Shown: positions 25,505 to 38,651 of the stretch, piece by piece
Position numbering within the stretch: the stretch's first letter is position 1
Layout: every line of letters starts with the position of its first letter
From: Octopus sinensis
Taxonomy: Eukaryota
Assembly (NCBI RefSeq): GCF_006345805.1
Contig: NC_043007.1
Location: 70,556,001-70,620,000, forward strand
DNA length: 64,000 nt
Reading direction: 5' to 3'
Program-made: the position numbers and the translations under genes
The notes under the pieces: generated by a model
What the model was told of the DNA's origin: nothing
What the model saw: the letters and a program-made list of their open reading frames with translations, nothing else
Databases searched by the model: none

Positions 25505-26122
25505 CATACATACATATAAGAAAATAGTGATAATTAAATTAATAATTATTTCTTACAAAACTAGACATCATCTCTGACAGCTGTTTCGATTCAAGACTCT
25601 AGAAATTAATTAGTATAATTAAAAACATTTTAATGTTGAATCTGATCGGAGGTGGAAAAAGACATACCCTTACATTTTCATATTATTGTGTGTTGAATGT
25701 AATCCAGGTGGTTAGTAGCAATTTGAAACCAGCAAGGAAATGATTCACCGCAACTAAGTGCGACCAGGGTGCAGTGAGCACCAGCATTGCTAGAAATAGG
25801 ATTTGTAAACTCCTTAGTCACAAAAGCACATGGTTTCTTTGTATTGACAGGGGAGAAAACCCTCTCCACTGTGAGCGAGATGCATCAGATTAGCATGCTA
25901 ATTTCATATAGAAAATTAATACTCATCAATAATGCTTACCCCATCACAGCAGGTAGAGGCCAGTTCACCCTGCTGTGCTTACGAACCACATGGTCCCTGG
26001 TTCAGTCCCACTGCGTGGCACCTTGGGCAAGTGTCTTCTACTATAGCCTCGGGTCGACTAAAGCCTCGTGAGTGGATTTGGTAGACGGAAACTGAAAGAA
26101 GCCTATCGTATATATGTATACG

Positions 26123-26180
<58 letters not shown>

Positions 26181-27287
26181 TATATATATATGCATGTGTG
26201 TGTGTATACGTTTGTGTGTTTGTGTTTGTCCCCCCAACATCGCTTGACAACCGATGCTGGTGTGTTTATGTCCCCGCAACCTAGCGGTTCGGCAAAAAGT
26301 GACCGATAGAATAAGTACTAGGCTTACAAAGAATAAGTCCTGGGGGTCGATTTGCTCGACTAAAGGTAGTGCTCCAGCATTGCCACAGTGAAATGACTGA
26401 AACAAGTAAAGGAGTAAAAAGTGTATTTCGTCTTAAACGAAGACACTCTGCAGTAAAATAGACCTTGACATAGAGTGGCATGAAAGGTTCTTGGCTAAAT
26501 CTTTTTCTTTTTTTTTTAAACTTAGTGTTCAAGGCTAAATACTTGAAATCTTTCGTGTCTATGAATGACGATCATTGTCTAATTTGATAAAAATAAATTG
26601 AAGTAAACAAGCAAGCTGGTTTAGAAATACTGTGGAAAGTAATGAAAACCTCTTTTTCACATTGCCAGGAATCAATAAAAACTGTTCATTTATTGATGAA
26701 TTTTCTATTCATGAAAGGTCAAATAGTTCTTTGTTTCGTTTCCGTACGGAGGATAAACAAATAAAAATGTCAAACTAATTAAGACCGGTTGGAACACTTT
26801 AAGAAATTAGCCATTCGTGTAATGTCCTATTCTATTCAGTTTGGGATGACTAAGATAGAATAACAGAAACTTCACAGAACCATTGTTCTTTGACACTTTA
26901 ATCGGGAGCCTCTGTGTGGTTACTCGACCAGCAAGAAATAGCAGCCAACTATCTACACCACCATTTTAAATATAGTAGGGACACAATAGATATTCTTGAA
27001 TCCCCTCCTCTAAAAATGGGAGGTGGGATGGTCCAAGCTCCAGTGACATTGATCATAAGACCGCCCGGTCCAGTCTTCAAAAATTTATATCATAATCATA
27101 ATGAGTTATTTTGAGTAAGACAGACACTTAATTTATAGGAAGGAAGCTATGGAGAAGTTGTGACAATCATACGTTTCAAAGGGTTTTAGCAATGCAAGAA
27201 AAGTTAACTGAGAATCGAAGCAAAACCAATGTATCGACATAGCAGGACCTTACCACTTCTTCTACACTCCTAGATAGTGAACACTGA

Positions 27288-27678
27288 TTTCAAATTTTGG
27301 CACAAGGCCAGTAAGTTCGGGGAAGGAAGTAAGTCGATTACACCGACCCCAGTGCTCAACTGGTACTTATTTTATCGACTCTGAAAGCATGAAAAACAAA
27401 GGCGATTCCAGTGGAATTTAAACTCAATGGGCAGACGGACCAATACCTATTTCTTTACTACCCACAAGGGGCTAAACACACAGGGGACAAACAATGACAG
27501 ACAAATGGATCAAGTCGATTACATCGGCCCCAGTGCGTAACTGGTACTTATTTAATCGACCCCGAAAGGATGAAAGGCAAAGTCGACCTCGGCGGAATTT
27601 GAACTCAGAACGTAGCGGCAGACGAAATACCGCTAAGCATTTTGCCCGGCAGGCTAACGATTCTGCCAGCTCTCCACC
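27288..27678 (-). mobile_element. SINE family A dimer; the 3' monomer has the alternative GCCTTGTGCCAAAATTTG tail
   Basis: It has the same AGAAATA|GGTATT junction (~27447) as the other dimers. Confidence 0.8.
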
Positions 27679-28149
27679 TTACATAGTGTAATATTAAGTT
27701 ATTTTACTCCGCAGCAAGTTACGACATTCAATAAATTAACGATGGTCCTCTAGGTCACAATGGTATTGTTAAATTAAGAGCCATTTTCTTTCCTCTTACA
27801 GCACACTTTCTTGTACATGTCTTATTAAAATCATACTCATGGGTTTATGTCGCGTCTTAGGATGATAATTTAAGGAAGAGAACAGAAGGTATACTTTTAC
27901 ATTTTAAAATATATCCATTGTTTCATTTCCAGTTACAGCTGCAATATTTTAAACTTCTTACCTCTTGTCCTGTATCTTTTCAGGTTCAGTTAATTAAGCA
28001 TATGACCACCTCTCCATCCACATTTTCTCGTCAGTCCATTCTTTTAACCAATATTTTTACAGACAAGAAAACTTTTCACTAGGATGAAACAGCAATTATA
28101 AAAACTAAAAAGATTCTTTATTCTCAAAATGCTTAGATTATAATAAAAA

Positions 28150-28362
28150 GAAAACAATTGCAGCGTGGAAGGTGTTTGTAAGCCATTTAAGAAACACACA
28201 AAAGCCGTTCGATTCACGGATTTTTGTCAGTGAACAGGTCGCGGATTTTAGTGACGGAAATATTTTGACAAATTAAACTTAAATGTTGAAGTGAATCGAG
28301 CGGCTTTTGTGTGTTTCTTAAATGGCTTACAAACAAACACCTTCCACGCTGCAATTGTTTTC
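28150..28362. mobile_element. MITE with ~66-bp inverted arms
   Basis: GAAAACAATTGCAGCGTGGAAGG...CGATTCAC pairs with GTGAATCG...CCTTCCACGCTGCAATTGTTTTC. Confidence 0.8.
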
Positions 28363-29380
28363 GTTCCAGCACACGATCTCAGATCAAATCACTTGCTATG
28401 CGAGAACATCTCCGTAATAAAAAGAAAGCAAATGGAGAAAAGTAGATTACATAAAGATGCCAATGAGGAACCCGAGACAAAATAGAAAAATACCAATAAA
28501 GCAGACGTTGAAAGCGCTGAAAGAAAGAATTTACAAGTTTCAGTAACGCAGCTTGAGTAGGAAGGGGTAGCCCGTCTCGGGTGACGCTTTTATGGGCGCG
28601 GCACTTTGGGATCTGCGAGCTGGCACTTTGGGCCTTTGAGCTGGCACTACTGCACTTTGGGATCTTTGGGCGGCGAGCTGGCAGAATCGTTAGCACACCG
28701 GGTGAAATGCTTCGCAGTATTTCGTCTGCCGTTACGTTCTGAGTTCAAATTCCGCCGAGGTCGACTTCGCCTTTCATCCTTTCGGAGTCGATTAAATAAG
28801 TACCAGTTACGCACTGGGGTCGATGTAATCGCCTTAATCCTTGTTTGTCCACTCTATGCTTAACCCCCTGTAGGCAATAAAAAAAAGGCACTTTGGGACC
28901 TGCTGTATAAGCTTGCATTTTTTTATGGGAGCCCGGATGGGATGAGAAACTCAAAGGCTGTCAGGGCATCACACTCCCTAATTCCGCCACTGACAAGTCT
29001 TCATAAAAGATATATCTCTCATTGGTTCCAGTTTACATTCCCATTGGTCTTTGAATATCATGGAAAGCCAGCATTTTCGTGATAAAAGTCAACTAGCACA
29101 ATTGATATTACAATATCGTGAGCACATCTGAAATATATTAACATTTAAAATTAGGAGAGAAAACAAAATTTGTCTAGAAACTACATGGCAGTAGAGTGCA
29201 TGCCGCCCGGTCCAGTCCTTGAGTATGCCGCTTTTTCAGGCTTACACAGCAGACCTAAAAGTGCCTCCTCCATGCAAGACAAACCGCCTCCCTTTAGCTA
29301 CACTATTTCTCCGTCATTTTCTTTACATTTACTTTAAACTTCGTTAAAGTCAATAAATTGCATGAATATGAGTTGTATTC

Positions 29381-29807
29381 GGATCTTTTCGGTTTGAACG
29401 GCAGTTTTTAACATAATTTCTAGGTAACTAAAAAATGTTAAACTTCGTATACTGGTAGAATGTGTTTATAAAACATCTTTTTCTCTTGGCTTTATTGAGA
29501 AAATTCTATAGTTTGTAAGATATTTGTTGGGTTTTTTTCTTCAATTTCTGCAATTTCAACCAATCACTGACGTCTATTGAGTTAAAAAGCATTCTGTGCC
29601 GTATGAATATATCCCTCGCTTTAGAAACAGATTGGGTTTATTTACATTTGTGAAGAAAAAAATACCCTTCCCCCACCCCTAACCCTAATCCTAACCCTAA
29701 CCCTAAAACAGATTGAAATGCAATAGATTGATACTAGGGCCATAATTATGGGTGACAATTTCATATGACACAGCTAGAAAAAACTGCTGTTCAAACCGAA
29801 AAGATCC
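29381..29807. mobile_element. MITE with GGATCTTTTCGGTTTGAAC TIRs, 8-bp TSD TTGTATTC and an internal (CCCTAA)n tract
   Basis: TSD at 29373-29380 and 29808-29815; telomere-like units at ~29678-29706. Confidence 0.88.
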
Positions 29808-30954
29808 TTGTATTCTTGCAAATTATCTATCATCTTCACAATAATTATGAAGAACTATTTGAAATATTTGCCGTTTAAAATTGATGCATATTCGTGCTTT
29901 TACCTAATTACTTTATTGTGAACAGCAGTTAGTGAAAAATTTCGCAAATTATTGTCACAACATTGAAACTAAAATTTCAGAAATTTGGACCAAGGGAGTG
30001 ACCATGGAGACTAAGCAATAAATTGTTGAAAATAAGTAATCGTTGATAATTATTAGTGTTTAAATTAATTGGAAGATGGGTGTTCAGCATGATTAATTAA
30101 TTAACTGGTGCTTGTAGCGTCTGCAGATGAAGCTATGTGATTCAAAGCATCATTGCAATTGGGTAACATTGGCAAAGCTCTAATTGGAGCACATTTAGAA
30201 ATTCAGTATGAATAAATAAATAAATTAGCATAGATAACAGAAGTTATAATAACTGGCGGGAACAGTGGAAATTGTTCGATTTATAAATTTTCTTATTTTG
30301 ATTATGATGTTTTGAGTAACCGTATGAAATGAAGTGACGAAGAATGGCTCTTGTGTACCACATCATACGACCCTTACAATAAAGAGATATTGGATAGAAC
30401 AAATAAAGGCCAGATAGAAAAGAGACAACCGTATAGAATGATTAAGAGAACATTTTATTGATGTAATAACATGTATGTGTGTGTGTGCGCGCGTGTCATG
30501 TATACAGAATAATAGACAAGCCATCATGAGAACAAAATGTATGCATGCGTGTAGGCATAGATGTATGCGCGTGTGTTAAGAACATATAAGGATGGCAATG
30601 AAGGATCATATAAGGATCGCCGCCTTATATGAAACAGTAATAAAGCAAAATTGACGTGCAAGTGTCAACATTTTTCTGGGCGAGATCCACAACAACATTT
30701 TTATTAAAAATTAAATAGATATTGGCGCAGGAGTGTGACTGTGTGGTAAGAGGCTTACTTCCAAGCCACATAGTTCCGGATTCAGTCCCACCTTGTCTTC
30801 TATCATAGCCTCGACCAAAGCTTTGTGAGTAGATTTGGTAGTTGGAAACTGAAGGAAGCCTGTTTTATGTATGTCATTATTCAGTTTAATTCAAGATTTC
30901 TTGCCAATAGAGAAAGAACCCTTTGTAACCTAGATCCAAGTTTCCTTCATTAGA

Positions 30955-30985
<31 letters not shown>

Positions 30986-31464
30986 TGTATGTATGTATGT
31001 ATGTGTGTGTGTATGTGAGTGTGTGTGTACCCGACAGACTTTTTGTAGGTGTGTGTGTGTGTGTGCGCGCGCGACCCCGTAACTTAGCGGTTCGGCAAAA
31101 GTACCAAGCCTTAAAAAAATGAATACTGGGGTCGACTAAAACATCTTTCAAGGCGGTGCCCAAACATGGCTGCAGTCTAATAACTGAAACAAATAAAGGT
31201 AAAAGATAAAATAGTAAACTATTGAAAAGGTTGCAAGACGCATCGGAAATTTTAGAAAAATAAGAAGAAAAAAAAAGAGAAAGAAGCGGAAATTTTATCG
31301 GTGAGTGTGTTAAATTATAAGGCACCAAAAGAGAATGACTCTTCCCAGACACAACAGAATAAAATAATAAAATATCTGCTAGCGTTGAACCAATATTTTA
31401 TGTCAATGATTTTGATGTCATTACTTCTGCTAGTATCCGCTGGCAGGATAATTGTGTAAGCTAC

Positions 31465-32390
31465 AAACCGACTGAACTATGTGTGTATAGAGGGACTGAA
31501 AATGTACGGTAGATTTGTGGATCACAGATCGACTGAAAGTGTGATGTAGATCTGTGAACCAAGATGAAAACGAAAGGAAGCTCTGTGGGATACAGACAAT
31601 TTGAGAATATGCCGAAATCTTGGAGGTTATAGACACACTGAAGATGTGTGGTGATTCTGTGGGCAACAGATAAACTTAAAGACTGAATCTCTGTGATGGC
31701 ACTTCAGGTAATCTCTACGTTATAGTGGTGGAATAATTCTGTAGACTATCTGAGACAACTGTGTGGACTATATATGGACTGAAACGGTGTGGCTGATCAG
31801 TGGACTATAGATGGACTGAAAATATATGGTAGCTTAATTGAACAAATATAGATTGAAAGTGTGGGGTAGCTGGATGGACCACAGATAAAATGACCTAGTG
31901 AGGTGAATCTGTGGACTATCGGTGAACTGAAACTGTCTGTTTGACTCGTGGACCATAAAACGTCGCCCTTTTCAAGCCTAGCCAGGCTCATGGGCCCGGT
32001 TTCCCGGTTTCTGTGGCGTATGTGTCCCCCCCCCCCCAGCTAGACGGGACGAGACAGGAAGAGAGAGTGAGAGAAAGTTGTGGCGCAAGAGTATAACAGG
32101 GGTCGCCACCACACCCTGTCGGAGCCTCGTGGAGCTTTTAGGTGTTTTCGCTCAATAAACACACACAACGCTCGGTCTGGGAATCGAAACTGCGATCCTC
32201 CGACCGCGAGTTCGCTGCCCTAACCACTGGGCCGTTGCGCCTACTCGTGGACCATAGGTAGATTCAAAACGTATGGAAACTGTAGATGATAAGTACAATG
32301 GAATCTGTTGTAGCTTCATGGATAAGAGATAGAGTGAAACTGCATGGTAGATTTCTGAAGCTATGCTGAAACCCGTCATTGAGGATGTAT
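31465..32390. repeat. Degenerate ~35-bp minisatellite (GTGGACTATAGATGGACTGAAA-like), split by the family D SINE
   Basis: Recurrent GGAC(C/T)A...GACTGAAA units. Confidence 0.6.
31958..32242 (-). mobile_element. tRNA-derived SINE family D with a perfect 14-bp TSD (ACTCGTGGACCATA)
   Basis: A-box-like GGCCCAGTGG and B-box-like GTTTCGATTCC. TSD at 31944-31957 and 32243-32256. Confidence 0.85.
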
Positions 32391-32409
32391 CAGTTATTGG
32401 GTGACAAAT

Positions 32410-32680
32410 TAAATTTGTCGATCACTTTTAAAACATTACTTGACCTTTGGCAGCCTTAACAGCCAAAGTTTAAGTTTTAAGTATTTGGACCAAAACCTCG
32501 GCGTGAGAATAACTCATGAATCGTGACTCCTTCTTCCCGTTGGCAGATTAAATTTGTCGACCATCTTTAAAACATTACTTGACCTTTGGTTACCTTTAAC
32601 AGATAAAGGTCAAGTTTTCGGTATTTGGACCAAAACCTTGGTGTAAAAATAACTCATGAATCGTGATTCCTTCTCGTTCT
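32410..32680. repeat. Diverged tandem duplication, ~139-bp period
   Basis: TAAATTTGTCGA...TAACTCATGAATCGTGA occurs twice. Confidence 0.85.
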
Positions 32681-33458
32681 GCCATCGACCTCACAGACCC
32701 TTAAACAACTCATGGAAGCCGCCTGGCCATTCTCTGATATAAGATAACTTGTGAAACACGCTGCTGACCCGCATAAAAGAAAACTAATTTTAGCCTATCT
32801 TTGTCCATAATCATATTCACAGAAATTTAAACTTTTCACTAAGGTCAGTTTTTTTTATTTATTTATCCAATACAGAAAGAAACCAAATCCAAAAACGAAA
32901 TACAAATATATCAACTTATTATTTTTGTAAGTTTTTTTTTATACTATAAAAGCTGTTAATAGACAGATAATATCTAATCGCTGAAAAAGAAGCGAGCTAT
33001 AGCATAACATTTTTAGAAACTATTTATTGATACAACAGATAATAAAAATAAACTTTCAGAGTAAGATACAGAATTTAGAATGAGATATAAAATGGGGAAA
33101 TGTTAATGCGTTCAGCATTTCATGGGTAAAAATGCAATCATGAATATTTCATTATCTATTTGGTACTCTTACAACTAACCTAATATTACCATATTACAGT
33201 CGTTGTTTCTTAGTCTGAATGTAGGAAATGGTTCGTCCATCGGCAAGTACATTCCAACAGCAGTAGCAGCAAACCTTTTCAAACATTTTCTCGCCGCCAG
33301 GAATGTGTGTGTTGCTATATAAATCTGCCGTTATGTAAATCACTCATCTTATCACCTCATCTTAGCTTCTCTCCCATTCTCTTCCTGCAATTTATTCCTG
33401 ACCTAACCATGAATTGCGCGCGCACGCCCGCGCACACGTAAGTACACATACACATAAC

Positions 33459-33502
<44 letters not shown>

Positions 33503-33625
33503 CACGTACGCGCGCGCGCACACACACGTCTGATAGTAAAATAAAACGACAACCTTGACCTTTTCTCAGTAAATTTTACAACTGCAGCATATATATCTCC
33601 CTCGCCATTTAGGAATACAGCTATC

Positions 33626-34550
33626 ATACGAGGGTGGGGTGAAAAGATCATTGGTTGACTATGAAAAAGTGATGCTAGAGCTGTGAAATCTTTCATTAAT
33701 TTTGACTCGCCTTATTAAAAACTGCATTGTTTCTTTCAAGGTAAACTAACATCTGGCTATCCAAGAACTTCAGAAGAAACTAGCAGTGATTTATCTTAAA
33801 AATCGATAAACTTTGGTTTTGTGGTGTTATCACGTCTTCTGACACATGATCAAAAACACACCGGGCTGATCACTTCGCGGGAAAACCTGACATTGTTTCA
33901 TGTAGACCCAGTTGGTTTCTTTGAAGGTTTCCAAATCAAGATGAGTGTCGGCTTCATCACTTTGAACCAGAGATAACCCATATAGTGAAAACACCCCCAC
34001 TTCACCTGCTCCAGAAAAAGGCCAAGGTCGTTTCATTCACAGGGAAAGAGACGGCCTCAGTGTTTTAGGATACAAAAGATATTGTTTATTGACTATCTTC
34101 AAAAAGGGCTACACTATCAATGGAGAGTATTATGCCAACTTGCTGAGGGAGTCACGAAAGGATATCGAGCCCAAACGGTCAGGAAAACTAAAGAATGGGG
34201 TATTTTTCACAAGGACAATACTTCGGCAGACAAGTCTTTCATCTCAATGGTTGCTGTGCGTAACTGGGGCTTTGAAATGGCTGATCACCCTCCCTATTTT
34301 CTTGATTTAGTCCCATCTGACTACCATCTGTTCCCCAACATGAGTAAAGCACTCGGGTGGGTATCAGTAACGCAGTAATGATAACGTCATTTCTGCTGCT
34401 GACTTTTTTGACCAACGGGATGAAAGCTTTTCACGAATGGGATCCAAGCACTGCTACACTGATGAAAGAAGTGTGTGGACCATGTTGAAAAATAAACCTC
34501 ATTTGGTTACATTCCATGAGAGTATCTTGGTCAGGCTATGAACTTCTCAG
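33626..34550 (+). mobile_element. Internally deleted mariner element
   Basis: Starts TACGAGGG. Reads DYLQKG.TINGEYYANLL, FHKDN and HPPYFLDLVPSDYHLFP (DD34D-type motifs), with frameshifts. Confidence 0.88.
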
Positions 34551-34921
34551 GTTTACATAATATATATGCGGATACATATACACACATAATACTCGCAGAT
34601 AAACAGACACTCGCATATAAACTCATATGTATTTGCATTACGTATGTAAACATACATAACAAAGGAAGAAATAGAAATGGCAACAAAAAGAATGAAAAAC
34701 CCCAAACCAGAAGGTTCTGGAATGGTTACCGTCAATGGTGAGGTATTAAAAGAAGAAAGATGGTCCATGGGGAAAACGTTCCACATACTGTATTTAATAT
34801 AGTATGGGGAAACAGTAAAGGCTCCAAAATGACTGGGCCCTTCTGCTGGTAATTCCAATCGATAAACAAACGGCGACAAAGACCTGAGAATTAGAGAGAT
34901 TGCGCTATCCAAAATAAAAGT

Positions 34922-34969
<48 letters not shown>

Positions 34970-34974
<5 letters not shown>

Positions 34975-37774
34975 CTTTATTCACCATAAGGTTGAGAAAA
35001 AGAGGGGACAAAACAAACGTTGGGGTCAGCGTATCGAATGAGACGAAACATGAATAAACAAACAATTAATATATATACAATTAAATGAGAATGAGTGATT
35101 AACAAAAAATGAAGCGGAGGACGCGGTCGACCCCACAAACCACATACTCACACTGAAGACTTTGCTTTATCCTTTTTTACATTCTCGATTAAATAGGTTC
35201 TTTCACTCGCAACATACTTGCTATAGACTTCCATCTTTTACGAAACACACTTTGCGACAGGCATTTCTTCTCCAGCCTTATTTTCCGTTTCATGTGGAAA
35301 ACGAAAAAGTCGATTAGCTCGAGACTGGAGATAAACATGCCTGTTGCAATTCCTTTTACTCTCGTCTTCCACACTACTTCTTTCGCCATAGCAACTACCG
35401 AAAGAAAACAGGCTCGCTCCTCCCTATTCAGGAAGGTCGGCGGAACTATCTTAATTACAGATTCGCTCGACAGTTGTACTCTTCTCGAATGCGGCAGCAG
35501 GTGTTCGACATAAGTCCAGAGTTCAGTCACCTTGGGGCATTGCACAATCGCGTGCAGGACAGTTTCACTGTCCCTCTTACATCTTGCACAAACCGGCGAA
35601 GGTGCACACCCATGTCTAAAGAGCTTATCTCGAACCGGTAAAGCTCCTCTGTAACATTGCCAGGCCAGGGACTTTTGGTAATTATCCATAGGCCCCGGAC
35701 CGAATGTTCTTTGGAACAGGCTGGCCAGTTGATTTTCGTCGAAGCCCAGAGTTTCTCCTAGGACGTCGTCACACTTAAACTCTACTAACCCTCTATAGAA
35801 GAACGCGGTAGTAGCCCCGCCACCGGCGTTGCCCGACTGGGAGAGAAGCACGAGTGCCTGATAGCACTCTGCATGCCACATGCCCAACCTCGGTCTACAC
35901 TTGATCCATGGGTTCAGTTCGTTAAACGATGTGAACTGTGGAAATAACAGCTTGACAAACGGAGACCACACCTGCTCACCGTCCAGGTAAATCCAGAGGT
36001 GCCTAAGCCTGAGCGCATGTCTGCGCATTTTTAGCCACGGCATCCCTAACCCACCGTTCAGCGGCTTTTGGCAGCAAATAGAGCGCCTTACAAGAGGTCT
36101 GCTGCCCCTCCACAAAAAGCGAAAGAGCATGCGTTCCAGTTTGTTCAGCCACGAATCGGGGCAAGGCACTACGGTTAGGCGGTAAGTGATTACAGAGGCG
36201 ATAAACACTTCTGCAACCTCCGCCTTCCCTTTCAAGGACAGATTCCGTTCAGACCATGTCTGAGTTAGGAGAGCCACCTTTCTCGCCACCTCGCTCCAAT
36301 TCTTCTCTATCTGGAGATCTGGACCTAACCAGATCCCAAGCATTTTCACCGGTCCTCCGTCAACGTCCTACCGACGCTGTCGGAAGACATCGACTTGCCC
36401 CTCCAGGTGCCGAGTTGCAAGCCGACCGATTTATCCCGGTTGACTTTCGCTCCTGCCACCGCTTCGTAGTCCCTTAAGGCCTCACCCACCCACTGTAGGT
36501 GCTCGACTCGGGAAACGATGACGGTGATGTCGTCCGCATACGCCGAAGCTGACTTTCCGCACCCTAGATCTTGCGGGGTGCCTCTCATAGTTTCCAACCT
36601 CCTCAGCAACGGCTCGAGGGCCAAAACGTAGAGAAGCGGGGAGAGAGGACACCCTTGACGTACCGAACGTTCAATGCTGAACGGCTCCGAAAGGAAACCA
36701 TTTACCCGAACTACCGATTCGATGTTGCTGTATAAAGCGATGATCCATCCGCGGAAGGTCGGGCCGAAGCCAGCCGCCGCGAGGACCGCCGCCAGATACT
36801 GATGGTCCACCCTATCAAACGCTTTCGATTGGTCCAAGTGGACCATAGCCCCACCCTTGCCAGAATCCTATTTACCCTTTCTAAGGCATAGCGTAGAAAG
36901 TGGAGATTGTCGTGGATGGTCCTTCCAGGGATGGCGCAAGTTTGCGCCTCGCCAACAAGTTCACCCACGACCCTCGCCAACCTTTTTGCTAAGACCTTGG
37001 CCAAGATCTTCAACTCTGCGTTAAGCAGAGTGATAGGCCGGAAATTATCAATTAAATCCCCCTTGTTTGGTCCTTTCTTAACAACGCTACCACCCCTCGG
37101 CTCACAGACTTAGGATTCTCCCGTTCTGCTGCCAGTTGGTGTACACGCATGCAAGTAGGTGCCCAAACAAGTCTGGCATGCTACTATAGAGTTCGTAAGG
37201 CAGACCATCGAGTCCCGGCGATTTGTCCCCGCCGCATTCTGCCAACATATCCTCGACTTCTTTGGCTGTGATCGGCGCCTCACAAGATTCCGCGTCCGGC
37301 CCCGATAGACGCGGCGAACCGGCTAGGAAGTCTGCGAGCTTCTCCCCGCGCTCCAGCTCGCCGCTCCTCCCGAATAGCTGGGCGAAATGATCATGAAACA
37401 CCTTGCACATCTCCTCGGGTTCGTTTACTAATCGACCATTTGGGCCCGTCAAGGATCGAATGGTTGAGTTGTTGCCACGCTGGCCCTCTACCACCCGGGC
37501 CCATCCGGCTGCGTTGATCCCTTCCTGTCTCATTGCACGGATCTTAGCCCTAATAATGCACCCTTCATGTTTAGCTTGGAGATGTTGGTCTAGTGCTAAC
37601 CTCGCCGCCAACACTTTCGATGCACAGCCTGACCTCATTGCCTCCTCTATAGCCTTAACTAGTTCCTTTTCTAATTTGTTTCTAGCACTAGCTAATTCTT
37701 TGCTAAACCTAATTGACTCAAATTTGATGGCTCTTTTCAGGGCGTACCACCATTTATTGTTGATAATGGATCAA
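34970..37774 (-). mobile_element. 5'-truncated Tx1/L1-clade non-LTR retrotransposon (RT and C-terminal Cys/His domain) inside a (TC)n microsatellite
   Basis: Motifs NFRPITLLN, DQSKAFDRVDH, RQGCPLSPLLY, YADD and CARCKRDSETVLHAIVQC are present. The 3' UTR ends AATAAAGAAATA directly followed by (CT)n. (GA)n tracts flank it at 34927-34969 and 37775-37868. Confidence 0.92.
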
Positions 37775-37792
37775 AGAGAGAGAGAGAGAGAG

Positions 37793-37869
<77 letters not shown>

Positions 37870-38247
37870 CCAGGGCAAATGTATATAAATTGATCTAAAG
37901 TAAATTTTTTATCAGTATATATACATGTTTGAAACTCTTTCTACAAAAGATTGATTCACATCCGTAATCGTGAATAAACCAGATAAATCTGAATTAAACG
38001 GGTCAGTTTGAAATGAACGCCACTAAAACTTTTCAAGTGCGATCTAGATACGTCAGCATAGATCCACAAAGAAAAAAAAATTAAAAAATGTGAAGTCAGC
38101 TGTTAGCTATTTAAAAAATAAGATGAAAGACCAATTCAGCTGTCGTCAGAATAAAATTTTAACTTTTGCATCGTTTGGCCAGTTTTATCGTATGCCAGAG
38201 TGTATAATGTGGTCCTCGACCAGTTGGAAACCCGATATATATATATA

Positions 38248-38651
38248 TTTCTTAATTGCCCACAGGGGGCTAAACATAGAAGGGACAAACAAGGACAGAT
38301 AAACGGATTAAGTCGATTACATCGACCCCAGTGTTTCACTGGTACTTCATTTATCGACCCCGAAAAGGATGAAAGGCAAAGTCGACTGCGGCGGAATTTG
38401 AACTTAGAATGTAGCGGCTTACGAAATACCTATTTCTTTACTACCCACAAGGGGCTAAACACAGAGAGGACAGACAAACGGATTAAGTCAATTATATCGC
38501 CCCTAGTGCGTAACTGGTACTTAATTTATCGGCCCCGAAAGGATGAAAGGCAAAGTCGACCTCGGCGGAATTTGAACTCAAAACGTAGCGGCAGACAAAA
38601 TACTTCTAAACATTTCGCCCGGCGCTTTAACGATTCTGCCAGCTTGCCGCC
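38248..38651 (-). mobile_element. SINE family A dimer with ~13-bp TSD (GAAAC(C/T)CGATATA)
   Basis: Junction at ~38430; TSD-like repeats at ~38227 and ~38658. Confidence 0.85.

Noticed and set aside
32170-32242. tRNA gene (also the heads of SINE families A and B)
   Set aside because: A/B boxes are present but there is no complete cloverleaf. The heads continue into SINE bodies with TSDs.
31465-32680. CRISPR-like array
   Set aside because: The context is eukaryotic and the units are degenerate tandem repeats without constant repeats and unique spacers. No cas genes are present.
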